From Callorhinchus milii (taxonomy: Eukaryota): 64,000 nt of DNA. The translations under genes and the position numbers were made by a program. Under the pieces are notes generated by a model. That model searched no databases and was not told where the DNA came from. It saw nothing but the letters and a program-made list of their open reading frames with translations. Of the stretch, positions 14,401 to 28,417 are shown in pieces. The stretch lies in contig NW_024704742.1 of NCBI RefSeq assembly GCF_018977255.1, positions 16,184,001 through 16,248,000 on the forward strand, read 5' to 3'. Numbering within the stretch: the first letter of the stretch is position 1; each line of letters starts with the position of its first letter.

Positions 14401-15119
14401 CTTCACCAAAATTTTGTCGGAAACCATAAATGGATCGATATGAAATCAAATTATATCAGGAGATGAAGGATGAGGCTTTGACGCACACACACACACACAT
14501 ACACACAAGCTTATTTCGGTTTGCCAGGACTTGTCCAGGGTTTATTGCGATCATGTTTTCTCTGATAATGTAAAAGTGATTAACTACAGAGTTAAAAGAA
14601 TAAAATCAAGTCGAAGATATCCCAATATCTAATGTTGATAATAATAAAATCCCATAAAGCACTCCGAACTTGCTCCGCAGTCCTTTCATGCTTTTTCTTC
14701 TTCTTCTTCTTATTATTATTCTAGCAAAGCCTATGAATAAAAAAAGCTAATGTTTTAACAACAGCAATATAATGAGTAAATAAATGAAACTTTATAGCGG
14801 TTACGTATAAAGTTTCTCTTAAATGATGCAGTCCATGGGTGTAGTGAAACGTATACAATCTGAGCAATGGATGCAGGAATCTTCCTTACTCGCTCTGTAG
14901 TCAATTTTTGGGGTGTAAAAAGATATGTTTCCTGTTTCAGTGGAATGAGAATCCGTTCAGTTCTTCGACCACGGTACCTTGAAAGTAATGTATTGCACGT
15001 TTGCACCAAAAAAAGTAATAGAGGCAAAAAGAGCTGGAGAAGACCCGAAGTGATTTGTGTTTTTGTTTCGACAAATACCTTCACCATTAATTTAAGGGTC
15101 CTTTGATTTAAGGTCATAT

Positions 15120-15743
<624 letters not shown>

Positions 15744-16900
15744 TCAGAATGACAGATGCAGGTCAGCTCCCGGGTTACAACACAGGTTGTCAGGACATGT
15801 ATTAAACATAGAGGGAGACCCACAGAAAGGACAGTTGGCATTGTCGCCGGTTAACACGGTCACATATCCTTCTTTGCACCAACTAACTATCGCTGAACCT
15901 GTCTCTGGAGGTTATGATTAGGCGAACAAATTTAATATGGTTGTTAGTTCCGAACGTTTGACCCTGATATTGGTTATCTTATGCCCCAAAAGATCAGGTG
16001 CAGAGGCGCACACGAATACGGCGAAGATTATTTCTATTCACTCTATTGGCTGAAATTTCTATGCAAAAGTAACCCACCGACAGATGGTTTCACATTTATT
16101 GAAACAAGCGATTGTTTTCAGATTATTTTACTTCATTTAAAAAATACCTTTCCATGACAATGAAATATAACTCTGTCGCAGGCCTTGGATGTAACACGAT
16201 CAATTGATTAGATTGGCAATAAGATAATATACAGATAATACGATAAACATACAAAGACCGAGCCTAGAAAGCAAGTTAGACAGAGCCCAGAAAGTTCCTT
16301 TATGTCAATTTTCCAGTTTTCTTTCAGTGATGCGGCGTAAACAATAATGTGTTTTTTTCACTGACTTTTTGTCTGGCTTTAAGCGTGACAGAGGGCCTCT
16401 CTGCCAGAGTTATTGAAACCATGTGGTAAACCCAATAACCTATGCAGGTTAAACCTTATGTATCTTAAACGTAAATGTGAGTATTTACTTTATTTTAGAA
16501 AAAAAAACTACAGGACAGCCCTGGACGAAGTAACATTAACATCGACGAGACCGTCAATTCATCATGAAATATCTTATTTTTACTGGACCCTAATAAAACA
16601 CATTTGATCCATAATGTCGACGGGTATAAATCGGTTAACTCCACGGCAGTTTCTCTGGGGGGTGGGGGGGGTGGGGTTATCACAAACAAAGTAACAATCA
16701 AATAAAACATTTCGCTTAAAGGGACAATAAAATGAAACATTGCACAAGTCTAATCATTTCTAGTTTGGGTTAAGATGGGGTAGAAAAAAAATAAACAAGG
16801 AAATGCGGACTGTAACGCGAAGTTGGGACCACCAGATAGACACGAGTGACAGTTACAGTATATTAGGAATAGAGCTGATAAGATGGATAAGGTGACTTAC

Positions 16901-17204
16901 TCTCTGGACTGGAGCAGCCTGTGCAGTCGGGCTGTGCTCTGGTGTACCACTGTAACGTGCTTTCCCTGAGTGGATAGGTCTGCGCGCAGAAACCCAGCGT
17001 CGACATCTGACAGCAGATCTGATTGCAATGGCTGCCGGCTATTCCGTTGTGAAAACGGCTTGATTTGGGTCCAGCCTCCTCGGGGCTCTCCTCGTTTCTG
17101 TCCCTGTGTTTGTCTTTGCCATTATTTCCCAGTAAATTCTCTATAAAAAACGAAGAAACCCTGGCAGGCGGCGTGCTCTGAGGCTCGGTCACTTTGTCCG
17201 GCAT
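16901..17204 (-). CDS. HMX1: H6 family homeobox 1, exon 1
   Basis: The N-terminus MPDKVTEPQSTPPARVSSFFIENLLG is the Hmx1 type (MPD..TEP..PAR.SSF.IENLL). Donor GAGA|GTAAGT at 16901/16900. The exon is 304 nt (phase 1). The spliced CDS is 861 nt, 286 aa. Confidence 0.92.
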
Positions 17205-17599
17205 GTTACCCTCGCCACTGAATGACTGCACAAGTTAGTCACAGGCGCCGATTTTCTCGTGTTAGTTAAATAACAGAGACGGGTGTTTCTCTGGTAGGAG
17301 TCCGGGGTCCGTGCGTTCATAGCAATCTGCTCCTAAAAATCAAAATGCACCCAACAGGTTTCCCCTTCCAAAAAAAAACGTAAGCAAAAACCGTATCGTC
17401 CACTCGGCGCCAGCAAGTTGTGAGAAGAAGGGGGAAAAATGATAATGATGAAATAAAAATGTCATGCAAGTTAAATGCTTAACAAGCAAAGAGTATTCCA
17501 CGATTGGACGGGCACAATGGCAAATAGGATTACTCAAGAAAATAAGAGAATTACTTGCAATGAGTTCACTTCTCTGTTCCGTGTTCACAGAGTGCCTGA

Positions 17600-17800
17600 G
17601 GCTGCAGAGGCTGTCAGTCAATGGCTTTATTTAGGTCAATTAGGGAACAAATCACAACCCAGACTCTGGATCCAGGCCTCGTATTCCACACAAAGTGACA
17701 CAGAGAGAGAGAGAAAGAGAGAGAAAGTGCCCTCTACAAACCTGATACACTACCTCCTATTGGCTGGCACCAAACATTCACTTCCTGTTAGTCCGGGAGC
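17600..17800 (-). promoter_or_regulatory. Putative Hmx1 promoter
   Basis: On the minus strand: TGACTGACAG (17611-17620), TATA-like TAAATAAAG (~17625-17633), CCAAT (~17759-17763) and an ETS-like CAGGAAGTG (~17779-17787). Confidence 0.4.
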
Positions 17801-20800
17801 AAAAAAAAATGGTTAACTCTACCTCTCTCTGCAGCTCTTCGCGGAATACTGCACGCTTTATCAGCCGCACTTTGCTACCGAAAGTACTTTGTCCTTTTTG
17901 CACCCATTGCAAAACTCTTATTCTGTACTAAAACGAAACGTAAGACTCTAATTTGTCTTTTGATTCACTTTGCGCTGATAGAATCAAGTCTCTCTGCCCA
18001 AGGGTTGTACATTTTTTAAAGGAATATATTTGGAGAGCCGGTTGCAAATTTTGGATTTTATTTTAATATTGCTGTACATTATTTGCTCGGATTTTGGTCT
18101 TTGAAATTAAAGCTGAATCTGATTCCGCAATCTGCCCAGCGGCGAAAATATAAGTATTTTTTTCTCCTGGAATCGCTGTGCTGTAAATAAGTGTTGAATG
18201 AAGCGTATTCAGATTGTCTGTTCAGCAGCGCCATCCAATTTAAAGCATGTGCAGAATTTACTGAGGGAGAAATATCCAGTCTTGCATAAAATGAATTGAA
18301 CTTGACTGTGCATTTATTGCGAAGTCACCTTTTACCGAACATTTTATAATCGGTTCTAAACTCTTCATTGTTGTAGTCTTGTAGTTTTAAGCCTGACCGT
18401 GCCCGGATCAAAAAGCAACCAGTTACTGCAAGTGTCAGCTTAACTCGCTATCCTGGTGTGTTTTTTTTGGACTCATCTAGGTTCATGACTGTTGAGAATA
18501 GTGAGCTGATTCCCAGACCAAGCATGAACTCTTCATAGGTGAGTGAATTACATTAAACCTTTAAACGAGATTAAAAACTGAAAATTGTATTAACTGCAGA
18601 CCGATTTGTGTCATAATACGTTGAGTTTTAAACAAAATTCAAAGCAAACCACAATGGGAATATAATTTCAGCTAAATTAAAAGTATTATTTTAGGATATT
18701 TATAAAATTGCACACTCTGAATTGTTCGCTATTATCCAGTTCAACGATATAATATGTACACAACTGATCTGAAGAGGTGTTACTACTGTCGTTTGCAATG
18801 TTTACTGCATATTCTGCACTGGGATATTCTAAGATTTAGATATAGAATTTAAATTCGAGGATTTTCCAGGCGATTCAATTACTTGTACCAAGGAACAACT
18901 GAATACAGTTATAAGATGGATTCCTAAAGCAGCATATGTTTTATTACAATGCACATAAAATATAAATCGATCCATTCTCCGAGAAATATATAGATGTGTT
19001 AAAATCGCTCCTACAGATATTCTGTTCCGCTCAGAGCTGCTTTATTATTCCCGACTGAGAATTTACCAATTTCCAAAGCTTGAAGCAAACCCACAATGAA
19101 ATTACTTATTACTCTTTTAGTGATCCAAATAGTGTACACTTATCAAATAGTGTACACTTGTCGCTTATAGTGTTTACTAACAGTAACGTCAAACAACTTA
19201 GTGTATGAATGTATTCTTTGAGTTCTAATGGGAAATACGTAGTGTCAGTAACTTGACTATTCTCGAATTATTATTTGTGTAACTATAAGCAAGAATATGG
19301 CAACAGCGCTTTATTTTGACTGTTTCTAGTCGGTTTGAAATACAACAAAGTTGCATTCCAGTGAACGCTGTTGAATCAGTTGGTATAAATGTGTACAGGG
19401 AGCAACCTGGAGCTACTCCGAATATAATAGTATAGATTGAATGATGCATTGGGAGGACAGGTAGCTCGGTTGGGAACTATGAAAAGGGGATTTTGTTAAA
19501 ACTGATTTTGTTTTTAAAAAGCACATTTGTATTACTTGTATGAAGTTTCATTTAGTTTGTAATCAGTTAGTGGGTGTTGATGAAGTAGAACAATGTAAAC
19601 AAATGTACACAAATATTTTAAGAATAATATAATTAACAGTCTAGATTCTCTGTTATTCGCAACTGGTACCTTTTTGCCCCCTTCCCCCAACCCCACCCCG
19701 TGGTTGAATTACTTGCAAACACTTGTGCCAGAATATGTGTTTTGGGAAAGTGAAAAGCGAGGCGAATCAGGCCTTAGGCATGACATCCATTTAATGTCAA
19801 TCCTGAATAAAAACAAAATCGGTCTTATTTTGGCGCCTTTCATACATGTCTCGTAAGGGAATCGTTAGTTATTCACAGTGATACTTTTGTGATCAACAAA
19901 CTATTAAGGCATGATTTCGGTAAATGGACGTACTCAGTGCATGAAATTGGTATTTGATTATTTATTTACTATTATTGATTATTTGATTAAAATTCGTGAA
20001 ATTTGTCAATGAAAACAAGTTAACACATTTGACAACAGTACAAATTCTGATCGTTTTGCAATATAACAGATGCAACTTTTGATAGAGGCAAAATATACTA
20101 ATTTAACTATCACCCAATAAAGTACAATCCCAGCGCAGCACATTCCCGCTTTATGTCTTTCTTTCCAATATCCAATATCAATATCTTAGGTCAAAAAAAG
20201 CTATGACAGAAATAAAACTGGCAAAGTTATTGGTACACCAATTTTCCACGTGGATTCTTTCAAAACTGTTGTAATGCAGTACATTCATATTGAACTTTGT
20301 TTCGCCCACTGACAGTCTGAAGCACAAATTAAGCCCAGAGCAGTTAGCCAGACGTGTCTTGAAAGTCTCGTAACATCACTAAACTATGTATGTGTACTTT
20401 AATAATAATAAAAACTAGAAACAGTTGTTTATTTTGTTATATGGAAAGTGAAATGTTTTATGTCTGGATTGATTGTAGCTTCTGAGTTAGTGAGAATCAT
20501 TTGCATATCAATGTGGAAAGGTTCCATCTCTCGCTAACGATGACATATCCAGCAGCAATTACTATATTTTTTATTTGCATTGTTCATATGCTGACATTTT
20601 TTTAGTTGGCTGATAGTCTTCAGTGGCGTCGATCTTTATCAACAGTGATGCTATTGTGAGAGTGCACCACTCAAACCTGAACACTTATTTTAACGTTTCC
20701 AGCTAAATTAATATCCTTGCATAATCAGTCTATCGTTTTGTACGAGTACTTGTCACATCTATAGACAAGGCGTGTTTATAACCCGTGCCCAATGTGTGCA

Positions 20801-23384
20801 AAGTTCCAGTTAGTAGCAACAAAGATTGCCTCTGCAGAATAACTTGATGGTAGGTTAAAAGTTCACCCGTCACGTTGGTGGAATATTCACCAAGGTTTAA
20901 AGTCTCTATTTTGTTGTCCTGCGAGCAAGCATCAATCACGTCCCAATTGCGAAGTCAGGGGATAGCCGGGTGTGCCAGGGTGGGTGTGCAGACACCGCTG
21001 CGACGCGTATAGTGTGCCAATGAACAGGTCCCAAAGCGTGTGGTTTAATTTGTTTTGATTGAGTGGCTCTATTTTTTTCCCATGACATTTCACGCATCGT
21101 GTTTGTGAGCTGATGGCTAGCATTTTAAATCTTGTTCTTTTAATGCACAAGTGTTCTGTAGAGCAATACTCTTACGATATGAAATGCATTCTTGCTGAAA
21201 TTCCGGCGTCGATCTCATCCTTTGACAACTTTGAGAGAGCACCCTCTGCTGTGCTTACACGTATTTACATTTTGCACACACAGCCGGAACCCCCAAACTG
21301 TCAAACCATACAGTCTGTGCTGTAAATTCAGAGTCACAATCAAGGAAACTGAGGAAGCTGTACTCTTTTGGGGGGGGAAAAATCTCACCAAGCATCGTCT
21401 TTGTTATTACACCGGATGGAAAGTTTACAATTGATCATTTATACCTATTCTTTTGGGCATTTTGCGCTGGCTATTGCAACGTTTTTTTGTGCAGTTTTCT
21501 AAATTAGTTCCCAGATAGCTTTTATTAAATTACTGAGATAAAACACCTGTTTCGGATCTGCTTTTCTCCTGGATCTGTGCACACAAAACAACCTCGGTAA
21601 TTCCACTCGTGTTGATATTAATATTCTAAATTGGCCATAAACCCTTTGGAAAGGTATAAGCGGGCCACGGCACAGCAGTTAACGGAAACGAAATACATAA
21701 ATACTCTGTACAAACTGAGCTTACTTACATCCAACGGGGAAATAATTGCAGTTTGTACATACACGGAAAATTCTAGTTTAGTTCTAAAGACAATTTGGTA
21801 TAGCAACTTTTACGTCTGGCGGACGCCCGCCTCAAAGCGCTTCATTGCATTTTACTGTAAAGTGTTGTGACTGTGCAAAAGCCAGGTTTCCTACAAAATT
21901 TGTGAGTTAGATTATTCGCTTCGTTTCAGGTTATATCGAATCTACACTGATAAATTTTAAGTGCTCAGAGACATTATCCCATCCTATATATATCATTCTG
22001 TGGTAGTTTAGATTTACCAACAGCAGCAAACTGCATTAATACAACAGCTTCATGGTTTAAGAGTTCAATTTGGTTAGCTCCACTGAACAGCAACTGTAAG
22101 TTCACGACACACACGTGTAGCTTCTGAATTTTACTGTGTGCTCTTTGGCTTTTCTCTCTCCCGCCCCACAATGTTATGATATTTGAATGTGTTTTGTAAG
22201 ACACTTAAAGTTGTATTGCGTGGCTTTGATGACTAGAGTAAAATAAAATATCAAGCAATTTCGTTTCAGCTTCCTGTTAAACTGCTGCCTATACCTGGCG
22301 AAAACATTCGTGGTCGATTTGGAAGAGGGAGAAATTTTCTGATCTTCATAGAATCGAAAAGATTAATTTAATTGTCATTGATTTGTGTATTGTTGTTTAC
22401 GCTCTATATACCGTATGGTTCGTCAGTTGTGGGACTCCTTCATAAGCCAAACGCCACTTCATTGCTCTCCTCACAGCCCAGATTGCAATCTCATTTAAGA
22501 GGTTCACTGTTTATTTCACAAACAACTGGTACAGGATACATTCATTGGGGCGCCTGAGTACTCACAGGTTCACTGATTCTCTTACAGTCTTCATTCCACT
22601 CCTCGGTACATTTCATTTCCTAGTTTACAAATGCCCCAATGAATAACTGCAACATACAAACGTTTGGATTTTTATTGATAATTATTCACCTTTTGGATTC
22701 TATCAAAGTCGGAAAATATCTTCCGCTTCCGAAGCGGCATGTATTGGCAGCAAATAGCTGACCGATTGCCTTGCTCTCGTTCTCAAAACCACGTATTATA
22801 GCTTTACACCTTGTACAGAATGCATTAATAAGATTATAGGGCTTGTGTGAGGGGATGGGTGGGTGTTGGGGATGAGGAGGAAGACATGGAGCATAATGTG
22901 TAAGCAATTCAAAAGCCACAAAATATCTCTGCATTTTTCTGGGCATGAAATATTCAGATTAATGCTGCTATGTTATTTAGTTTGCGATCGTCTTACTTTT
23001 TAAAAAAAATTCTCTGCAGGTCTCCAAGCGCAGCTATCACTTAAATAAGCCGAGAAGCCCCACAGAGAGGAATGGTATTCCATTTCTATTACTCCTAATT
23101 AAAGCACACGACAGCAAGTAAAATGATCTTTTACACAAATATATCCTTAGCGGGTTAATTAGGGTTAGACAAATGTTTTGAAAGACGTGGTTGGACAGTG
23201 CAGCGCCGTTTAGTTGCTGTGTGTTTGAATCTTACCTCAATTTAGTTCCAAAATCTAAAAGAGAAACACCATTACATCACATGGTTACATTTAACAGCCG
23301 CAAAACAAAATGTTTTCAACATCTGTTACATTTTTCAAGTTGTATAATCTGGCGATTTGATTCTTGACGATTATAGCAAGATTC

Positions 23385-23492
23385 GCCCGCAAAGCATACA
23401 GTCAATTCACTTTACAGTATAGTCTGTGAAGCGATTTCAGACGTCTCAGAGATGTGATGAGGCGCTATATCAAATGCAACGATTATTATTAT
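23385..23492 (+). mobile_element. SINE 3' fragment (family of 52920-53237)
   Basis: CAGTCAATTCACTTTACAG…GTGAAGCG…GGCGCTATATCAAATGCAA-(TTA)n tail. Confidence 0.75.
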
Positions 23493-26139
23493 ATTCGGAG
23501 AGAAATAAATTGTGTTGCTTTAAATCTGAATCCCTGCTGTCGGAACAGAGCGTCTCACTGTCAGGCGGCGCTCTCGCGTGTCAGACATTTGTTCGGTTGT
23601 GGTACTGCGGACACTCTGACCTTCATGTCGGTGAAATCGGTATTTCTGTCGAGGTGTCTTCCTGTTGAATCGAGACTGAGACCGCGAAGCTTTACCATCG
23701 ACTCTGATAAGTTCTCAGGACCAACATAAATGGACTTACATAGCAGAAAAGGGAAGACTGATTGCTGGGAATGATAATTCTTTATTCGGTCTGAGGATCC
23801 CCTGATGATTTTATGGGGTTGTTTATATCTCATGGCTGATTTAATCAGCTCTGGTTAAGACACGAATCGAACGCATTCCCGATATTTGTATGACTACTGG
23901 TTTAGTGGCTTTTGGTTTTGTCTTCTCCTTTAATTCCAAGATCTGTCAGTCAATTCTGGAAATAAACCCCATCGCTGTAAACATAGCAATAGACTCTGGA
24001 ATCGGCGCTCATGCAGAGCTGAGTTAATCGGTTCATGCCACAGAGTGATCTGATATTCTTCCCAGGAACATGAGCAAATTTGGTGGATTGGGTTTATAAT
24101 GAGATTTTCCAATGCTTTTCAGTTTCTCTGAATGTGGAACGAGACTTTCTGAACAACTCTCTGGTCACCATTCCTCGAATCTTTCTTCCACTAAAATAAC
24201 ATGGTCTTGGACTGGTACTGATTACACAGCAACGCTTTCAGTACATTACACACATTCACGGATGAACAGTGCACCAAAAGTCAGAAGCCGTATATTATGA
24301 AGGTCGAATTAGAATAAAACGAAACTTTTTTTGAATGCAATGATTTGCAGGTGCGTTTCCCTTCATTAATTACAAAGCTACTCGATATTAGATTCACGTA
24401 GAGCGTGACTTGTTTCCTTCGATTTTTCTTTCTCATACTGTGTTTGTCAAATACTAATTTCGCTGTAATAGGTAACTAAACATATAAAGATCGTGAGTAA
24501 TAAAAGTGCCCCATGTTACTAGCATAGATGGCATTCACATTTAAGATCCATCTCAAATAAATCAGTAAAAGATTATGAATCTTTGACAATGTTTTTTGAA
24601 ACCCAGCGATCAGACATCTACTTTAAAAACATTCCTCGTGTGTTTATGTTGTCTTTTTAGAAGAAAATAAATGCTATCGTAGTGACAACTGAAGTACTGT
24701 ATTAGTAGGTTTCGATGTTCCACTTTCCAACTGCATACGCCCTATCCTTAGGGTTTTGGTTTGCAGGATTGAGGACATGTCTGCATCTCTCATAAATGAA
24801 CCAGACAGGCTTTTAACCATCAACAATGCTTTGGCTTGCTGGAGGCATGCCTGCCTTTGCCAAGTCTGTCTCCTCTGTCTCATATAGGCGCAGAGGAATA
24901 TTTTTGGACATGATACTAATGTTATGGAAAGGGTGAATAGCTGAGTTGCCCCCACTGTGATGCCAACCCAGAACCTTCTGGTTCCAATACCAGTGTTCAA
25001 CAAACGAAGAGGAATTAAAGTATGAGTTAGTCCAAGGGAACAGGGAAATGAGTGGACAGAGGGAGAAATCATATGTGCCAGTGCATCTGAGGATTTGTAA
25101 TTCTATAAATTTGGAATTGCAAGATACATTTGAGTCCCATCGAATTATTGATATTTCTTGGTCATGTCATTAGCGGACAGGCAAGTCATTTGAACTGTCC
25201 AAACATAAATCAGGCAACTTTTGCAGATCAAATAAACAGTTGGGACAACACGTCTATATTTTGTATAAACTGTCCTAAAAGCTTTTTTTGAATGTTTCCA
25301 TTTTTCAAAAAAGTTGTTTTTAAAAAATTGAATTGTCAGTTCATTGAGTTCAAGTCACAAATAATGCATCAAACTCCATAATACTATTGCTATTTAACAC
25401 AAATATAAGTTTATCCCTGTCAAAGTCAACTATCAAAATGTACAGAAATCATTAACAGAATTTTAATTTATATAATGATTATCACTGGCAATAATATTAA
25501 GGACTGGATTTCTAAATAGATAGAGTCCATTAATTTTAAATAAATTACTTGCACAACATACGAAAAAGTTACTGATTTATTTGTGATCATTTTAAATCTA
25601 AATGCACAATTGTGTACATGTATACAAAGTTTACATAATACAGTATTTGCTAAAGGTTGGGAATTGAACATTTAGGATAGATAACTTTAGGATAGATAAT
25701 GGTTTAGGGTGAGAATCCACCATTAATATAAAAATTAATAGTGCAAGCAGATGTTTGATCATTTGGGTGCTTTCTCTTTCGATAAGGTCACTTCTATTTA
25801 AACTTTTTGCAAGAAGAATTCTGGCTGAAAACTATTGGCTTACAATTATAGTTTGTTCATTAGTTCAGAGTGGGTGTTAGCAATATGTTAACCATATTTT
25901 GTGAGGTAAAATTTACCAATAAACCACAACTAGAAAAAAATAACAAAATGGTGCCTACAAAATACACAGGAACTTGTCTTCATAGTAAATCTTGTGGAGG
26001 GCTTTGAGACAGCCTCCCGATGTGAAAGGTGCTTATTGTTAAGATGTGGAAATACACGGTCCCTTTAAAGGTTGATTGTATCTGAAGATAGAAGTTGTAT
26101 TTCTATAAAATGTTATCACATCTAAATGTTCAAAGCGCT

Positions 26140-27293
26140 TCACAGTAATTGCTGTCAAATGCCTCTTTTAGGCCATTGCCGACAGCCAGGTCAGCAAACA
26201 GCTCTGGGGGACTTAAGACACTGAAGGAAACTCCCATCTTTTCTCCAATAATGTTATTTGAAATGACATCCTCTCTCTCTGTGACCAGGGCTCCCTCTGC
26301 CTCCTCATCCTGCTGTACCTCTCTGCCCCGTCCAACACAGTCAACCAGGCCATCCTCATCCACCTCAGTGGTTCAGGTCCTACCTAATACAGGATGATAA
26401 ATCAGTTTATGTAACTCTTTGCCATTGATATTAAACAACCCTCAATGTTATTGGCACATAAATTATGCCGATGTCATAACAACAACAACAACTCGCGTGT
26501 ATAAAGTGCCCCTCATGCAGGATAGCATCCCGGAGCACTAGCCTACCTAACAAACCACCTTCATTTTATCTTTTCAAACGGTTTCTCCTCCCACCCCTAC
26601 CCAGTCACCTGTGGTACACCCCAGTGCTCCATCCTTGGTCTCATCCTTTTCCTTATCTATATGCTCCCTCTTCCATGTGTATGTGGATAAATTGCAAATC
26701 TACTTCTCCTCCTCCAGCTGTGACTCCAGGTGTAGTGTTGTTCTCTGAGCTTATCTGGTGGACACCAGGACCTGGATGAGTGAAAACCTCCCGACTCAAC
26801 TTTTAAAATGCCCTCTTTGACAATCTCTCTAGCTCCACAATGCACAGGATTCAGCTGATCTAAAACTCTGCCGCCCACATACTAACCCACAATAAACTTT
26901 GTACCCCCATCACACCAGCTCCAGCCAGGCTGCAATGGCTCCCTACCAGTGAACAGATTGATTTCAAGATCCTCACAAATCTCTTCATGCCCTGGCACCT
27001 TCCTACCTCTCCAACCTGTTTACCCCACAAACCACTGCCTCTGCTCAACTGGTTCCAGTCTTCTGCATGTCCTTTTGTTGCACCATTGGCAGCTGCACTT
27101 TCAGCCATTAGATCCTGAAACTCTGGAAGGCTCTTCCTCTATCCCGCCACCTTGCCCCTTCCTTCACCATCTTCAGGTCATGTCTGATACCTTCCTCTTT
27201 GACCATGTGTACAGTCACCTCCCCCTCCCCCTGGTTCGGTGTCATCCTCTACCACTGTCAAGTGCTCCGGGATGCTATCGAGTTGTTGTTGTT
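26140..27293 (+). mobile_element. Degenerate L2-clade LINE fragment carrying an internal inverted insertion
   Basis: RT-like remnants (…WFRSYL.., CCCCAGTGCTCCATCCTTGG, IQLI.NSAAHIL) and a 3' tail ending in GTTGTTGTT at ~27293. Confidence 0.7.
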
Positions 27294-27399
27294 ATGACAT
27301 CGACATAATTTATGTGCCAATAACATTGAGGGTTGTTTAATATCAATGGTAAAGAGTTACATCAACTGATTTATCAACTTGTATTAGATGATTATAAAA

Positions 27400-27875
27400 A
27401 TCTAGACAGATTAGTGAAGAGGGTCGATTTGTGGAAAATGGAGTTCAATGTATAAAACTGAACTGGTACATTTTGGGAGAAAGAATAAGAGGCAGAACTA
27501 TATCCTGGGGGTGGAATTCTCATTGGAGAAACAAAGGGATATGATGGTACAGGTTTGAATTTTCTTTAAAAATTGTATTGCAGTTAGAGAAGCCGTTTAA
27601 AAGGGCAAGCACAAATCTAGGTGTTATATACAGAGCCACAGATTACTCAAGTATTTTTTTAAAATCTGTATAATACATTTGTTACTTTGCTGGAATATAG
27701 TGTGCAGTTTTGGGCGCCACATTATAGAAAAGATATTGAAGCTTTCACAAGGATGATACCGGAAATGAAAGGATATAACAACGTGGAGAGTCAGGAGATG
27801 TTATAACTCTTTCTGTTAAATCAGAGAAGGTTGAGGGATGATACCATAGAGCTGCTTAAGATAATGAAAGTGTTT
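27400..27875 (+). mobile_element. CR1-clade LINE ORF2 3' fragment
   Basis: Degenerate CR1 motifs TGGAAAATGGAGTTCAATG…CATTTTGGGAG, CTGGAATATAGTGTGCAGTTTTGGGCGCCACA (LEYSVQFWAPHY) and AGAAGGTTGAGGGATGA. Confidence 0.75.
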
Positions 27876-28417
27876 TAAAGAATAAACTTGGGTGGGGGAG
27901 AGAAGTGCGTATAAAAAAACTTCAGTACTGAGCGGTAATTTTGTTATTTATAATGTACAACTGTTTGGGACCACCCAATATGTTCATAAGATCCAGCATA
28001 CACTGGACAAAAGGCTGAACAAATATGTTGTAAGTATTTTGGATCCAATTCAAAGTTGTTTTTTCCGTAAGTTTAATTTGTTTAACAGAGTCCAGCAAAT
28101 AGAATAAAAAGTATCAGTTTATAATTTCCAGTGGTAATAAAAAGGCATAGAATTGCAGCGTTATAAACACATAACTCCTCAAACATCATCACACGTTCCT
28201 GTTGAAATGAATCAGAGATATCCTTCGCCTTGAACAAATATACGTGTATATCCATACATCAGCAAACGTATCCTTCAATACAGTCCCTTTGGTAACAATG
28301 CAGATAACAAAAGCCATTTTAATCACTTAACAGAATACCCTTTTAAAGGTGATCTATATTTTGTACTGTATTTTACTAAACTTGTTTATCACAAGTATCA
28401 CAAACACTTTGTGTGTC

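Noticed and set aside
17205..17231. N-terminal extension MQSFSGEGN of Hmx1
   Set aside because: Non-ATG start. The conserved Hmx1 N-terminus begins at the ATG at 17204.
23680..23729. RSFTIDSDK, resembling an eh1 remnant of a fourth Hmx gene
   Set aside because: It is on the opposite strand to the cluster, lacks the IL residues, and no associated homeobox remnant was found.
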